A DNA stretch of 64,000 nucleotides from Pelomyxa schiedti (GCA_020536535.1 JAHLWZ010000113.1:62001-126000), one strand, 5' to 3'; positions 46,438-60,500 are shown, counted from the first letter of the stretch. Made by a program: numbers and translations. The notes: generated by a model not told the origin, from the sequence alone.

Positions 46438-47849
46438 ATGGATTCCCTCGACTCTTTCGCGTGGCCCGACAGCGGAGATGCCGTAGATGACACTAGCCCC
46501 CACTCCCAAACCACAGATTCCCGCAACTCAGCAGAAACACAACCCCCGCCTTCGGCCACCACGACGTCGTCTTGCTCATGCGACGAGCCCAACGCCGCCG
46601 CCGCCACAGCCACGTGCACCCGCCCGCCAGGAGGCCGGACCAAGGCCCCCTCCCCTTTCTCCCGCATCGCGGCGCGCACCGCGTCCTACTCGGGGATCGA
46701 CCCTGCCGCGGCGTCGCGGGGCCTGCCCTCCAAGTGGGAGAAGGTCGGCGACGTGGCGATATTCAAGGGGGCGCGGGACGACTCGCTGGTGGCCCGCTGC
46801 GGGCTGCACTTCGCGCGGGCCGCGGCGGAGGTGATCCCCAACACGAGGGTGGTGTGCCTGCAGAGCGGGGGCGTCGGGGGCGAGCTGCGGGTGCCCAGCG
46901 TCGCGGTGCTGGGCCCCGTGCTGCCTGCCCAAACCACCACTGTCCACGTCGAGAACGGCATAAGGTACACTCTCGATATCACAAAGGCATGCAATCCATC
47001 TCTTTCATTTTTTTTTTTTTTTCCCCCCCACAATATGGTTTTTTTTTGGGGTTGGTGGTGGATTCCTTGCCTATTCCTAAATTGGTAGTATACCAAACAA
47101 AAAATTAATGAGCAAAATTTAATTAAATAGGACTCCATTGCATGGTGTGATTTATCCACATTCAGGTGATGTTCGCGTCGGGAAATGGAACGGAACGCAT
47201 GCGGTTTTCTCACATTCGTGCCGATAACGAAGTTGTTGTGGACATGTTTGCTGGGATTGGGTACTTCAGTATTCCCTTGGGCAAGCACGGTCACCCGAAG
47301 TGCATTTACAGCATTGAAAAGAATAAGGACTCCTTCCAATTTTTGGTTGCCAATATTGGTAGGTTGTTCTGTCGTACGTTTTTAACTCTCAAACATAACT
47401 TCCTCCCTAGAGCTGAATTCTGTCTCTGGAGTCGTTACTCCAATACTTGGTGACAATAGGGAAGTTGGAATAGAGGCACTTGGTATTGCCGATCGAATAC
47501 TTATGGGCTACATTCCCACACCATCAGTATATTTCCTTTTGTGCGGTGTTACTTCTCAAAGAGTGTAGAATTTTCTTCCCAGGGCCTTCCAGTTTGCTAA
47601 CCCAAGTGGGTGCCTTGTACACTACCACTATGTGTGTAAGCAGTCAGAGAAGGAGGAGATGCCTCAACAGCACTTTGTGACAGCCTGCACAGGAACACCC
47701 TGGCAATTCCAAGTAGAGAACATTGTAACAGTCAAGTCCTATGCCCCTCAGGTATTATTTTTTTTTCCCTGCAAAACAACACAGTCTAACTACCTTTCCT
47801 CTTACAATAGCTGTACCACTTTGTGGCCGACATCAAAATCCATCACTGA
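46438..47849 (+). CDS. TYW2: tRNA wybutosine-synthesizing protein 2 (Met-10+/Trm12 family)
   Basis: LPSKWEKVGDV, GELRVPSV, HVENGIRYTLDITK|VMFASGNGTER, VVDMFAGIGYFSIP, LGDNR, ADRILMGYIP, VKSYAP. Confidence 0.85.
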
Positions 47850-47996
47850 GAAACTTTTCATCAAAAAATAAAAACAAAAATCGATTGAACGCAAAAAAAC
47901 CAAAGGCGAAAAACCCAACGCGCCACGCTCAGCGTCAATTGGTAGCCAGTGAATCCATCCAAGCAGTAGACCAATTGATACACCCAATTGAGTGAG

Positions 47997-49047
47997 ATGC
48001 CCGAGCAACAGACTTTCAGCGGGGTGGCGATGGCGGCCACGGTGCTATTTTTGGCGGGCGCGGGCGTGGGGTCGTGCTACATGTTGTCTTTTGTTCAAAA
48101 CTACGACTCCTTGCCCAGCGTCCCTGGATTCTCTGACGTCATCTCCATGCCACCGGTGGGTCACACTCTCACTTTAATTTCACGCTAACACTCGCACTTC
48201 ACTTATTGACTCATTTTGGCCACAAAACTAAACTAATTTATTATTAAACGGTATATTTATTTTTCTTATTTAACAACATGGGGCCAATCTAATACACGTT
48301 TCCCTTATGCTATTGTTGCAGGCTAGTTGTATTGGGAGTGTGTTTATAACAACAGCTGCAGCCTTGGCTATGATTGTTGCGGTACTAAAGTACTGTAACC
48401 ACTTGCTGAGTATCTACGATTTGGACAGTACCTCAATTGTTAAGAAACGCGGCTGCATCAGGTTTCTGAGGCCATCAACTTGGTCCGCTTCAGCTCAGAT
48501 GAGGCTCTCCAGGCTTGTACTTGCCTTGGGACTGTGGACAGCTTTCCTCCTTGGGCTGGCTGCTTGTGTTCAAAGGTCGGCCATGCCCAAAGCACACGAA
48601 GTTTTCCTTGGAGGATTTGTCGAAGGAGCCGCTTTGTATTCTCTACTAAATTCATGGCTGGAGATATCACTGCGGCAGGATTCCGAAGGCTATTCTCCTA
48701 GCTCCGCAATCAGCAGTCCAGGAGGGCCCGTTGGGAATCGAAACAAACCCGGCGCCATTCTTAGAGTGCTACTGTGCATTGGCTTGCTTATATTTGGAAT
48801 TGTCTATGGTGGTTGTATTGGTCTTGCAGTTCTCAGGCTGATGGCAGGCAGGAACATTGGAATGATCAGGACCGGTGAAGCTATATCCTCCACGGCGGCG
48901 CTTGTATTATGGGTGCTATTTGTTGCAACCTCGGTAGGGGACTTCAAACAGGCCAAATGTGCAGTCTTCGCATCCAACAACAACAAATCTGTTGTGAGAG
49001 TAAACAAAGGTGCAGTCCTACCACTGGACGACCTTTCTGACTCATAA
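47997..49047 (+). CDS. Frag1/DRAM/Sfk1 (TMEM150-like) membrane protein
   Basis: About six TM helices; VPGFSDVISMPP|ASCIG resembles the family P.ISD.G..PP.S..F motif; conserved His before TM4. Confidence 0.65.
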
Positions 49048-49193
49048 GTTGATATCAATAAATAAATATCCCACTTTTTTTGATCTTTTCTTTATGCAGT
49101 ACATTGGTTACTTTGCTGTTTGCCTAGAAGGCAGGAGCACAGAACTCGTAAAGTCCTGACAGGAACAGTAACCTCAACAGGATTATGAATGCA

Positions 49194-50829
49194 TCAACAC
49201 CAGCCGTGTTGAGCAGACTCTGTGCACGTGGAATCAGAAGGCCACGGGTCATCAACTAGGAAAAATGTGGAATTGGTGTCCAACCACCATGAATGAAAGG
49301 CATCACTTGAAGTAACACCTTTGATGGATGGATCGTACCAGTCCGGATCAGAACAGGTCTTGGCGAGGTGGTGAGGCAACTATGGATAGAAGAAGGAAGG
49401 TACTTGGCCGTGCTGATAGCATGATGTCAAGAAGAGAGAGAAGGTGTCAGTGTTTTGTTGTACTACTTGCTGTATAGATTGAGATAAGGCGTCCTCGAAA
49501 ACTGCGAAGGCATCGAGCTGGTCAGAGTTACAGTTCAGTGAAATGGGATCACACCCTGGTTTTAAGAGTAACATTAAAAGGGTGATGGAGTGCCAAAACC
49601 TTCACTAACCAAGCTTCAATAAGTTTTCAACTTGCCAGCTGTCGCCCATGCTCTGAGGTAAGAAGAATCTCAACCTTGGGTCCTCCACTAAAGGTAGGAT
49701 ATATTGTGGGAAAAAACACATCCACAAATCATCTCCATGTGCAGCAGCACAATTAGGGTCAACACTGCCCGTTGCATTCCACAAGTGTGGTCCTATAGCA
49801 TTCTTCAGTTGGTTCCGCATCACATATACTCCCCACTGACGAACTCGTCATAATTGATAATTTCGTAGAAAATATACCTGATAACTGGGATAGTCTAAGA
49901 AATACCCTGAATCAGGCATGACACCGAATGCAGTCGTTTTCGGTAATTTTTCTGCAACACGAGAAGATATCATTATGGTTGACAACGCGCCAGCAGATGT
50001 TCCCGTTAGAACGACTTCTGTTGCTGTTTCCAGAAGTCCGCCAACTTGGTTCAAATCGTCAAGTATTACGTCAACAACATTGCGTTCGCGGAACCAAAGT
50101 TGAGTATTGGGTAAAACGAGAGGCTCTTCACGGTTACTGGTATGACTTGTACCGCCGCAATACATCCAGAACACTAATAACAGTTACAAGATATTTCGGA
50201 ATTGGGTTCCGACCTAGATTCCAATCTGCAAAGGGATTCACAGTAGAATTGTCATTCATGAAGCCTTCAGCGATATTGGGTGAGTCACAAAAGTGTTCAG
50301 TAAAGTAAAGTGAGCTCCCAAGATCACTCTGTGCCCTTGATAAACATTGCGAGGCAGTCCAACACCAACCACCTCCCCTGAATTGGTGTTAAAAATTTGG
50401 AACCATTTCGACAACAATAGAGTAGTTTAGCCAACCTTATATGTATGCGCCACTTGTCTTTCTGTGCCCCTGTTCTCAGGTAATATCCAGGAGGTGATCT
50501 AAAGAGGAAATCACACAAGTTTTCTTAATGTCAATTGTTGGGTTTTTGTTATCCCTCGAGAGTTCACTCATTTGGATTGATTGTCAATTACAATACTATT
50601 ATTATCCGTGGTGCCATTTATTGTTCTTTATGCCACGTGGAATCGTATCTATCCCTCGTTCCCATAATGGAGGATGATGATACCCATCGAGGCAATAACC
50701 ACCGTATTTGTCGGCTACATCGGCGCTCACCACGTGCAGAACCAATCCCTCGTCGTCGCACCCCGTCGTACATCCAATCCCCACCACGATTGCCACTATC
50801 ACACTGACACCCACTACGGTGGGCTTCAT
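49194..50829 (-). CDS. Secreted pectin acetylesterase / Notum-family hydrolase
   Basis: Signal peptide; CLDG|SPPGYY, GGGWC, NPFADWN, YCGGTS, LTGTSAG (nucleophile elbow), DSGYFLD, CFFPQY, DSWQV, SCYQHGQ. Confidence 0.88.
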
Positions 50830-51047
50830 CGCTCAACGTACGAAAAACGAGCAATTTGGGAGTGAGAATGGGAAAAAGTCCAATCTATGAGATGACCCCA
50901 TGATGAAACCCAAGAGTTCCACACACCCAGGAGGGACGCGCGGTTCTGTTGATTCTTGGGTTGATTCTCGTGATTTCACAAACATCTCGCAGGAAAAGCA
51001 CCCTCCGAACCGTTGCTTATCTGGAAAATCAAAAAATCAACAAAAAA

Positions 51048-54000
51048 ATGAAGGGTGTTTTGGGCGTGGTTGTGGTTGGTTTCGTTGTTGGTGTGTCTTT
51101 CTACGCCGCGATTGTGTTGATTGATTAATTTAATCATTGTAGGTTTGGCAAGTGCTTTGATACCCAGCCCGGTTGGTCTTAGGGTACAAGGACTGACCCA
51201 AGACAATGCCTTGGGTATCTTTTTTCTTTCTTTCTTTTCTTCTTTTAGTTGCAACACTTTTTGTTTTTTTAACCTGGAACTCTATTTTCTTGCAGGCATT
51301 GGTGTGAAGAATCCAACCTTCTCTTGGAAACTGCCACTTCCATCCAAGAAGGATTACGCTAACACTCCTGCATCCTGCCAGGTTGGTTCGCTGGTTATTT
51401 TTATTTTCATATTTATGACGGGCTAAGGTTATTGTTTCATTGTCTGATGGAACAACCGTTTGGAATAGTGGCGAAGTTGCTTTGCCATCACACAAACAAA
51501 GCCTGGAGTACAAGGGTCCAGATTTACTCTCTGCTCACACCTATACCTGGACAGTGCGCTGGTGGAACACTGATGGGGAAGTATCTCCATGGAGCCAACG
51601 TTTTAGGTAAGTTACTACCCAGCTCTCTGCCATGCTCTAATCGCTTTTGCAAAAGATTTGGTACTGGTTTACTTAATGATGTTGATTGGAGTGCCCAGTG
51701 GATCACGGGGTACAACATGTTTCGAAAAGGTCACCATACAACTTTTCACATGGAAATTGAGTTACACCTGGACAGACTTCACGCTTTCAGCCGGCTATGG
51801 AGAAGTTAAAGTTTTTCTCTGTGGACTTGGATATTATGAGCTTTGGGTAAATGGTGCACGTGTTGGTGACTCTGTTCTTGACCCTGGTTGGACTGTATAC
51901 AATAAAAGGTAAACCCGAAAATAGGAATCTACCTAACATGTTTTTCCTCTCCAGATCACTTTATACTACTTATGATATAACTGATTTAGTAATGACTGGA
52001 ACAAATGCAATTGGTGTTCTTCTGGGTAGAGGTAGTTCACTGGGACTTATTGAGCGTATCTAATTAAATCGTCTTACAGGCTGGTGGGGACAAGATCCGA
52101 ATTTTAACCAAGATCCTGTGTTGATTCTACAGGTGTGACTATTTAACAATTAGGCTCCTAATTGGCAAAAGGTTGCTGTTGATGGCGTTACTTCCGTTAT
52201 TACAGATACAACTTGGAAAGGCGCAGCCTCTCCAATAACTAGTGATTCTATCTACAATGGGGAAACATATGATGCTAGGTGCTCAGCAAATTAATGCTCT
52301 ACTTCATTCACACTCTACATAGACTGGAGAAACCTGGCTGGGCAAACCCTAACTTCGATGACAGCACCTGGTCTACTGCTAAGAGCTCAAGTGGTCCTGG
52401 AGGGTCCCTCCTTGCTCAAGCAATTCCTCCAATCAAGTTTGGCTTTTGTGTGCTTCAAAACTTAACAATCACATCACAGGCGTATGGCCTGGTTATCTGC
52501 TGGCTCTATTTCCACTCCTAAATCTGGAGTATATGTCTATGATTTTGAACAAAATTTCAGTGGGTGGTGTGTTCTGAATGTCACTGGTGCTAGTGGAACA
52601 ACTGTAACTCTCAGGTGCACTATTAGTACCATCAAGTATAATTAACTCTTTTAGACATGCAGAAATCATTAACTCTGATGGTACCATATACGTTGATAAC
52701 CTCCGTTCCGGTCAGTGCCCAACTTTGTGTGCCTATTTCTCACTCAGCTTTTTCTTTAGCTGCTGCTACAGACACATACATTTTGAAGGGGAGTGGGGAC
52801 TGGGAGATATATGAACCTAGATTCACTTATCATGGCTTCAGGTTCACTCACAACCAATGAAGTATTTCTCAGCTTTCATTTAGATTTGTGGAATTGACGG
52901 GCTATAACAATCCGACACTTGAAACTCTTCAATGCACTCATGTCTATTCCAGTGTAGAAGCTGTTGGTGAAGTAGTATTTTCTGACAGTGTTCTCAACCA
53001 AATTCAACACAACATTCATTGGGGACAAGAATCCAACTTAATGAGTATTCCAACTGACTGCTGTCAAGTATGTCTTCACTTGAATTGAGTGTACCTAATA
53101 TACTCCAAGAGAGATGAGAGATTGGGTTGGATGGCTGATGCCGAATTGTCCTCAGAGGAAGCAATTCACAACTATGACATGCAAAGGTATGGAAATCAAT
53201 CTACTTGATTCTCCTTATTTTACCCAGTTTTTACACCAATTTCGCTGCCGATATTCTCAACGAACAAGTTTCAAGCGGTGCTGTTCCAGATACAGTTCCG
53301 TACATTTGGGGCAGTATCCCCGCAGATCCTGCCTGGGGTTCTGGTTTGTATCTTTACTTAGCTTTCTGTATGTGAAGAAAAGAAAAGAATTCCCTCACTC
53401 GATCTACTGGCTTTGGAAGTACTATGGAGATACTGATATCGTAGCTACTAACTACGCAGCAGTGAAGAATTATGTTGATTTCCTTACGACCCAAGCCTCA
53501 AATGGTAATACTCACAACTAACCTGTCACCGCTAATATTTCTTCACCTTCCAGGTCTTGGTAACTTCTATGGTTATTATGGTGATTGGTGTCCCCCTCCA
53601 CCCTCACCAGAATGTTCGATATCTTATACCTCTTCCTACTACTACATAATGAACATTGGGTTGCTCTGTGAGATGGCTGACATGCTTGGAAAAACTGATG
53701 ACTACCAAACTTACACACAACTGAAGTCCACTCAAATTGAAGCAGTTAATCCGCTAACCCATTTCAAACTCCTTTCTCATTGTTTTTGTGATTGATAGTT
53801 CAACTCTGCCTTCAAAAGAGACTTGACATACAATATTGGTGTTCAAACAACACAAGCACTGGCACTTGACCTGGGAGCAGTACCTTCGACGGAAATAAAA
53901 AATGTTACTTACAACCTTTTGGATGATATTTGGGATCAAGACACGTAAGTTTTATCTTTTCTAGTGAAACTTTCACCCTCCCCAGGCATGTGACAACAGG

Positions 54001-55712
54001 AATTATTGGTGTGAAAGTACTTATGGAGCAGCTTAGCAAAAGTGGGAGGACTGACACAGCATTGGCCCTTGCTCAGCAAACAACATATCCTTCTTGGGGT
54101 TATATGTTCCAACAAACTGCTGAAACGCCTGCTGTGAGTTATAAATGACACTCCAAAGCACTAACCCATCTTTAAAATACCAGACTACCCTCTGGGAGCT
54201 GTGGGATTCACCACGGGAAGGATCGGGCATGAATAGCAGAAATCATGTTTGTGCCATGATCTTTTGTAGCTATCCTCTAACATGTTGCAGATAATGTTTG
54301 GTAGTGTTGGTGCGTGGTTTTATAAGTATTTAGCTGGTATCACACAGGACGCTGACTCAGCAGGGTTTGTTACACACAGTATCTTTCAAATCTCATTGGA
54401 TTTACAGATTCGAGCACATTATTATAAATCCTCCGCAGTCCCGTGTGATTGCGCACTCTACACTTGCAAATGTTTCTGCACACACAGCTTTTGCAGGTAA
54501 AGATATCTCCGTTTCATGGTCACATCAGGTAGCATATTTCTGGCAGGAGGCCAGGCCGTGGCTAACTAATACCTAAAGGGAGGAACTCAGTGCAGAGAAG
54601 CCCCTGAGAATCGTGCCGTTAGTATGTGGTGTGGAGATGGCGGAGTCATTTCTTCCATTACATTTGCCAGCTTTGGAACACCAACCGGTTTGTTTGAAAG
54701 ACACCCAACCCCGTTTAAGAGGAAAAAGGCGAATGTGGGCATTATTCAATCAATTCCAAGTGCCATTCCGCAAATTCGAGCACTGTGATGTCCTCTTGCA
54801 TTGGGAAGTCTTATTGTGAGATTGAGGCAAGCAATACTGAATTTGGTGGAGACCCATGCTATGACACAGTGAAGAAGCTCATTGTTCAGTTTACTTGCTC
54901 CAACTCTGAAAGTTGTACTTATAGGAATCTCTTTCCTGTTGTATTTACTCCTTTGTTACAGCGTACAAACTTACAACGTCAATTCCTACTGGAAGTGATG
55001 CCGTAGTCCATATTGCAAAACTAGATTTTTCTGATCTCGTCGTTTATGATGGTGATGTGCCTATCTGGAAGAATGGTGTGCAAGTTTTTTTTTCCCCCAC
55101 CCCAATATCATTCTCAAATTCCTTTCAAATTACAGGGCAGTTAATTCCGGGCGCTCCAGGAATTCTATCTGCAACAAGCACACCTTTGGATATTGCCCTT
55201 TCTGTATCATCTGGCGAATATGAGTTCAGCACTTACGGAACAAGCGGCACAGTGATTTGCTCAGTCACTGCCGAGGTTTTTTCCTTTTCCTTTTTCGTTT
55301 TGCATTTTCTCTGTTGTCCTCTTCTCAGAAATGAACCTCACTTCTTCTACCATACCCACTCACTTTGTACATCCAGGACTCCACCGCCGTAATGCAGTGC
55401 CCTACCGGTTACATCATATCAACAATATCCTTTGCTTCTTTCGGAACCCCCACCTATACTGCCGGCACTTGTTCTTCGTATCAGCTTAGCACCTCTTGCC
55501 ATGCTGGATCCTCTGTTGCTGCTGTTGAAGACTTCTGCCTTGGCAACAACATGTACGGCAACATTCCGATATCCTTATTCTAATAAGCCAAACCATCAAC
55601 TAACCTCATATTAAGGTGCGAGATTTCCGTCCAGGACGATCTCTTTGGAGATCCATGCTACGGAACACTCAAGTGGCTTGCAGTTGAAGCAATTTGCACC
55701 ACCAATTCGTAG
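51048..55712 (+). CDS. Secreted alpha-L-rhamnosidase GH78 with two C-terminal SUEL/galactose-rhamnose lectin domains
   Basis: GLGYYELWVNG..VLDPGWT, IYNGETYDAR, VYDFEQNFSG, YEPRFTYHGFR, SIPTDCCQ|RDERLGWMAD, YGDWCPP, TTGIIG, YPSWGYM, TTLWELW, SRNH|IMFG. Lectin motifs FASFGTP..FGGDPCYDTVKKL and FASFGTP..FGDPCYGTLKWL. Confidence 0.92.
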
Positions 55713-55934
55713 ACCACTGTGATGGAATAATAACTTATATTGTCATACTGCAGTTGTTTTTTGGTGTGGTGTAGAACGCCTGTAGTTCTAACTTTTCCTT
55801 TTTTCCAATTTCGAGCAGTAAGTCTAAGCTCATACCAGTTTCTGTTGAGGGCTTAGTTTAAGTATTGTGCTTCAACTAAAAAAAAGACATTTCTTTGTTC
55901 AATCACTTATTTCTTTTTATTTTTGGTTGGCGAC

Positions 55935-57509
55935 CTAGAACCCTTCCTCTTGCTTTTCAAGGTCGTAGGGGTCTGGGTTGTCAAAATGTGCTGGTTTCCC
56001 AGCCATCAGAATGTCCAACATCTGCGCCATGGAATACTGGGAATTGGGTTCCCTGGCCTTAATGAAGCCGGAGAGTGGTGGAGGTTCTTGAGGCAATGGT
56101 GTGGTAAAGAAATAGGGATCCACGAGAGCCTGACATGACAGGTTAGTTCAGTGAATTGTGGGAAACTGGCTGACCTGTGCAGCAGACAATCTGGAATCAG
56201 GGTTGTAAACCAGCAGTTTGGAAATAAGGTCAATGGCTCCTTGTGAGCATCGCGGAATTACATCCCTGAACGGGGTGGCAGCAAGTGGACTGAACACTAG
56301 CTTGTTGAAATCGGGAAGTGCTTGGACACCCTAAATCCAACAAATCAGATTAACTTGAAAACTGTGAGACTATTTACGGGCCAGTTTTGTACTGTGGGAG
56401 TTCCAAGTATTTGCACAATTTTAAACAACTGGTCTATGTCAGTTTCTAAAAAAAAAGTGTTACAAAATTAAAATGCTGTTGAGTACTCCATACCACCTGG
56501 AAAGAGGGGCTCTCCGCATAGGAGCTCCACAAATACACACCCCAATGCCCAAATATCAATCCCAAAGTCATACCTCTGTGCACCAAGCAGTAACTCTGGA
56601 GCCTTGTACCACCTAAGAAGCGTGGAAGCACAATAAAGGCACGAGTTTTAATAAACCTTGTTGCAACTTGGTTTGTCATCAACTCCTCTTGCCCTCCAAT
56701 GGTACACCGTGGCAATGCCCGTGCCAAGCCAAAGTCAGCAATGACAAGGCGCCCAGTGTCATCCAAAAGGATGTTTGAAGGTTTTATATCCTTATTTTGC
56801 TCAACAATGAGAATGCCACACTGGCACAGAGAAATTTGCATACTCTGTGAACAACGCCGTGAAGATGACAATAAGCGAGACCTCTTAGTATGAGTCTCAA
56901 GAAATATTTCGCGCATGCCTCTGGCACATCCCACTGCTTGAGAACCTGACAGAGTGTGTCACCATTACTCTTTTTCCCCTTCGGATTTCCTCTCACACTT
57001 GGTCTAAATCGTATGGCATAAATTCAAGGACCACTGTAATGCTGAATGGCTTCGCAACAGTATCGTACAGTTTCACAATGTTAGGGTGCCTCAATGCCTA
57101 GCAAAACAAAAACAAAAACAAAAACAAAAACAAAAAAGAAAGAAAGGAAAAGCAGAGTCAAGAATTGAGAAAAAAGAAGCGGGGAAGAAAAGCATACCAT
57201 AAGTGCGGTGATCTCCCTGTGAACGGCCACGTTTGATTGCAACAACGACCTCGGGCACCGTGCCGGGACTTGGTCCCCACGGCCGTCGTTGAGGCTGCAG
57301 CTGCCAACCAGCGTAGTCGTGGTGGCGGCGGTGGTGGTGCACTTGACCTTCTTTAGTGCGCACAACATCCCGTCAGCGTTGCGCCGTGCCTTCTTTACAG
57401 TGGCGTAGGCCCCGTCACCAATCACTCCCAGCACTGTGTACTCCCCCTGCTCCTCGTTGTTGTTGTTGCTTGCGTGCCCTGGGACACACTCAGCCGTTTC
57501 GGGTCTCAT
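55935..57509 (-). CDS. Cyclin-dependent kinase-like protein, CDK20/CCRK-like
   Basis: [24 protein letters not shown]|[21 protein letters not shown]|[29 protein letters not shown]. Confidence 0.85.
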
Positions 57510-57582
57510 TCCTTTCGGTTATTTATCTGAATCACACAATCAGAAAAAGCAGCAGCCTCCAGATTCTCCTCTGGTCTGTGTG

Positions 57583-60500
57583 ATGCCAGCCAAAAGGATG
57601 CGAGGAGGCTCCCTGCAGCAGTACCTGTGTGAGCTTCTCGTGTGGCACACCTCGACACGCCTGGATCTTAAAAAAAAAAATGTGTTCCTCTGATGTCTTT
57701 GTTCTTTCGAGAATCATCACAATGATCTCAATTTCTTTTTGGCTTGTAATGATCTATGAGCAGCGGTGTGGTTCGTAGTAAAGCGGGGACGGTGTTAGCG
57801 GAGAAGTTCTGTTTGTGTTTGGATCTAATCCTTCGGGTTTGTTTGATTTGCCGAGTACGTGTCATTAATGCGCAGCACTGCAATTAGAATGCAGATGTCT
57901 GCAAGGAGGAGTCTTTTTGGTCCGACTTCTTCATGTTGAAAGTAAATTCTGGATATATTCAATCCGTGCTTTCTCGTATGTCACCTGACGTGTTGGCGGC
58001 AAATAAGGTTTTTCTTCCATTGCTTTCCGCTATTTCGGTATTCCTAAATTCTTGGCCAAGGCACACATCAACATGTTATTTTCCAAATGCTGCGATATGG
58101 TGAATAAAAGTGACAGTACACGGAGCCTGCGTGCATTAGAGGTTCCATTTCAGCATACTTTGGAGTTAGAATTTATTTTTCACTTAAATTTTTTGTGACA
58201 ACAAAAACTTCAGCTCCTCTGTCCCCTGTTTAACACTATGTTGCATCTCAGCTTTGCTTCAGCCCAGTTTGGTTACAGTGCAATCGATGTTATTTGTGGG
58301 TCACATATAAACTCCTTCAATGTTTATCCCTTTTTCCCCTACCAATAGTAAAGTATTTCACTAGAGCCTTCTACTTTCACTTAAGAAGACCTTGGACCAT
58401 ACCTACACAGTGGTGCAAAATCCTATTGATGGTGACCACTCAACCTAATACTTCTCTTTAACATTTATTTAGACCTGTCCGCGAAGTTGAAACCATTGTG
58501 TCTAAAGTTATTACTTACGGTATTTTATAGTCTCGCCTTTTTAAAAACTCAGGGTACACCTTTAGATAATACAAGCATCTAACAACTTGAACCAAAATAC
58601 TCTGGTTCAGTATCTAATGCTTGTGGATATGTTCAGTAGTGTTATATCGGTACCATGATTTCACGATAGCTCTTTATGGAATTTACACATTCTAGACAAT
58701 TAAAACTGCCACATTTGGGCCTCCATGTGAAGAAAATTTTTTAATTCTTTGTTCCTCAGTTGCAGTAGCTGCAGCTCTTACTAACTACCGTCGCTATGAA
58801 TCAACAAACCCCTACCTTGTACAACTGCAAACACTATCAGATCCTCTGGCCTTGCGGGTACCTTTTTTGCCAATTACCTTCCATTGGTTTCATTAACCAC
58901 CATAAAGGCTGTTGCACACTCTTTCACAATGGCTTTTGATTCTGTGAATAGGTAAATATAATTCCAATTTAGTTCGCTTCTTTTCACTTAATCTGGCTCC
59001 AAGGCTACATGTTCTTACCTACAGCAATTCTAGCCCTTTTTACTCTTGGATATTTGGATCGACTCCCGCCTCCATCAAGATTACACCAACTCTTTCCACA
59101 TCTACCGAAACATTACCCACTACTCAAAGTACCACAACAACCTCCACTCCACAGTCCGCACCTACTAGTACTACACCTGCCGAAACTGTCCTCACAGTAA
59201 AGGATGAACAAAGCCTGCTTGCCTTTGTTGGTTCATCTTTGTTACTCCTGCGTGATTTGTTGCAATCCAACCCACACTTCCCTGACACACTGGTCTCCTT
59301 TGAAGGTGACTTTTTCNNNNNNNNNNNNNNNNNNNNNNNNNNNNNNNNNNNNNNNNNNNNNNNNNNNNNNNNNNNNNNNNNNNNNNNNNNNNNNNNNNNN
59401 NNNNNNNNNNNNNNNNAGTAAAGGATGAACAAAGCCTGCTTGCCTTTGTTGGTTCATCTTTGTTACTCCTGCGTGATTTGTTGCAATCCAACCCACACTT
59501 CCCTGACACACTGGTCTCCTTTGAAGGTGACTTTTTCCCAATAGTAGTGCAGCTCCTAACTGTCACTACAGCCGCACTGCTTGGACAAGTTGTGCAATTC
59601 TTGAGTTTTCTTACTGTTACAGCTCCCTCAAACGTGACTCTTTCTTATACACAAATATGTTACGTTGTTCTTTTGGGAGCAATGAAGGCAGTCCCGCAGT
59701 TATTTTTGTCTGAGAGTCAACCTCTTGACCTATTTTCATTGGTCTTCTTCACATTCGTCTTCATTATACGGCGTTGAAAATCTTGAATAATGTTAAATTA
59801 ATATTAATTCAAAAACTTTTTCCTCACAAGACCCATAGAACAAATCTAAAATTTACGTGGAAGCTATACCAGGGGCTACAATTCTATGCAAACATGTATT
59901 AATACTCTGTAGAAAAAGACTATGGACTGTATTCAATGTAATGAGTATCCCACTTTACTTGTATGTAGGGGTTGGGGCACCAAAACAACCACAGAAAATC
60001 CTTATAAAAAATGGTAACAAATCATAGAATAAATGAACTTTTTAAAAAAAAAAAAGGAAACTTCTATCACTTCTACAAATCATCGTTTCCACTCTGAGAG
60101 AACAGCATTCCACAATCGATTTCGACTGGAGAACTCTTCTTGAAAGGCTATTTCTTTTGATGAAGTTTTTTTCTAGTGAAGAAATTTTCTCTCAACCCAA
60201 CTCATTGTCTGTAATCATTAAGGTACTAGAGTTGAAAAATTACATGTGTGACTGATCTTTTTAGATTGTGAATCTTATCAACTACTTCATTACATATGGC
60301 GATTCATTTCTTAGGGATGCTGAGTACGATTGTTTGTTCTACGAAATTGTGCGAAATTCATCGATAATAAATTCCATGTCACGTTCAGGCAAGTGCTCAA
60401 ACTCCTTGATCCATGCAGATAATAACAACTGAGTAGTGCAAAGTCACGGGAAAAATGAAGACCTACTTCTTGGAGTTTCTTTTGCCAATATGCGTAGTAT

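Noticed and set aside
59197-59536. Perfect 120-bp direct repeat inside ARMH3
   Set aside because: The copies flank a 100-N gap exactly; this is an unmerged contig overlap, not biology.
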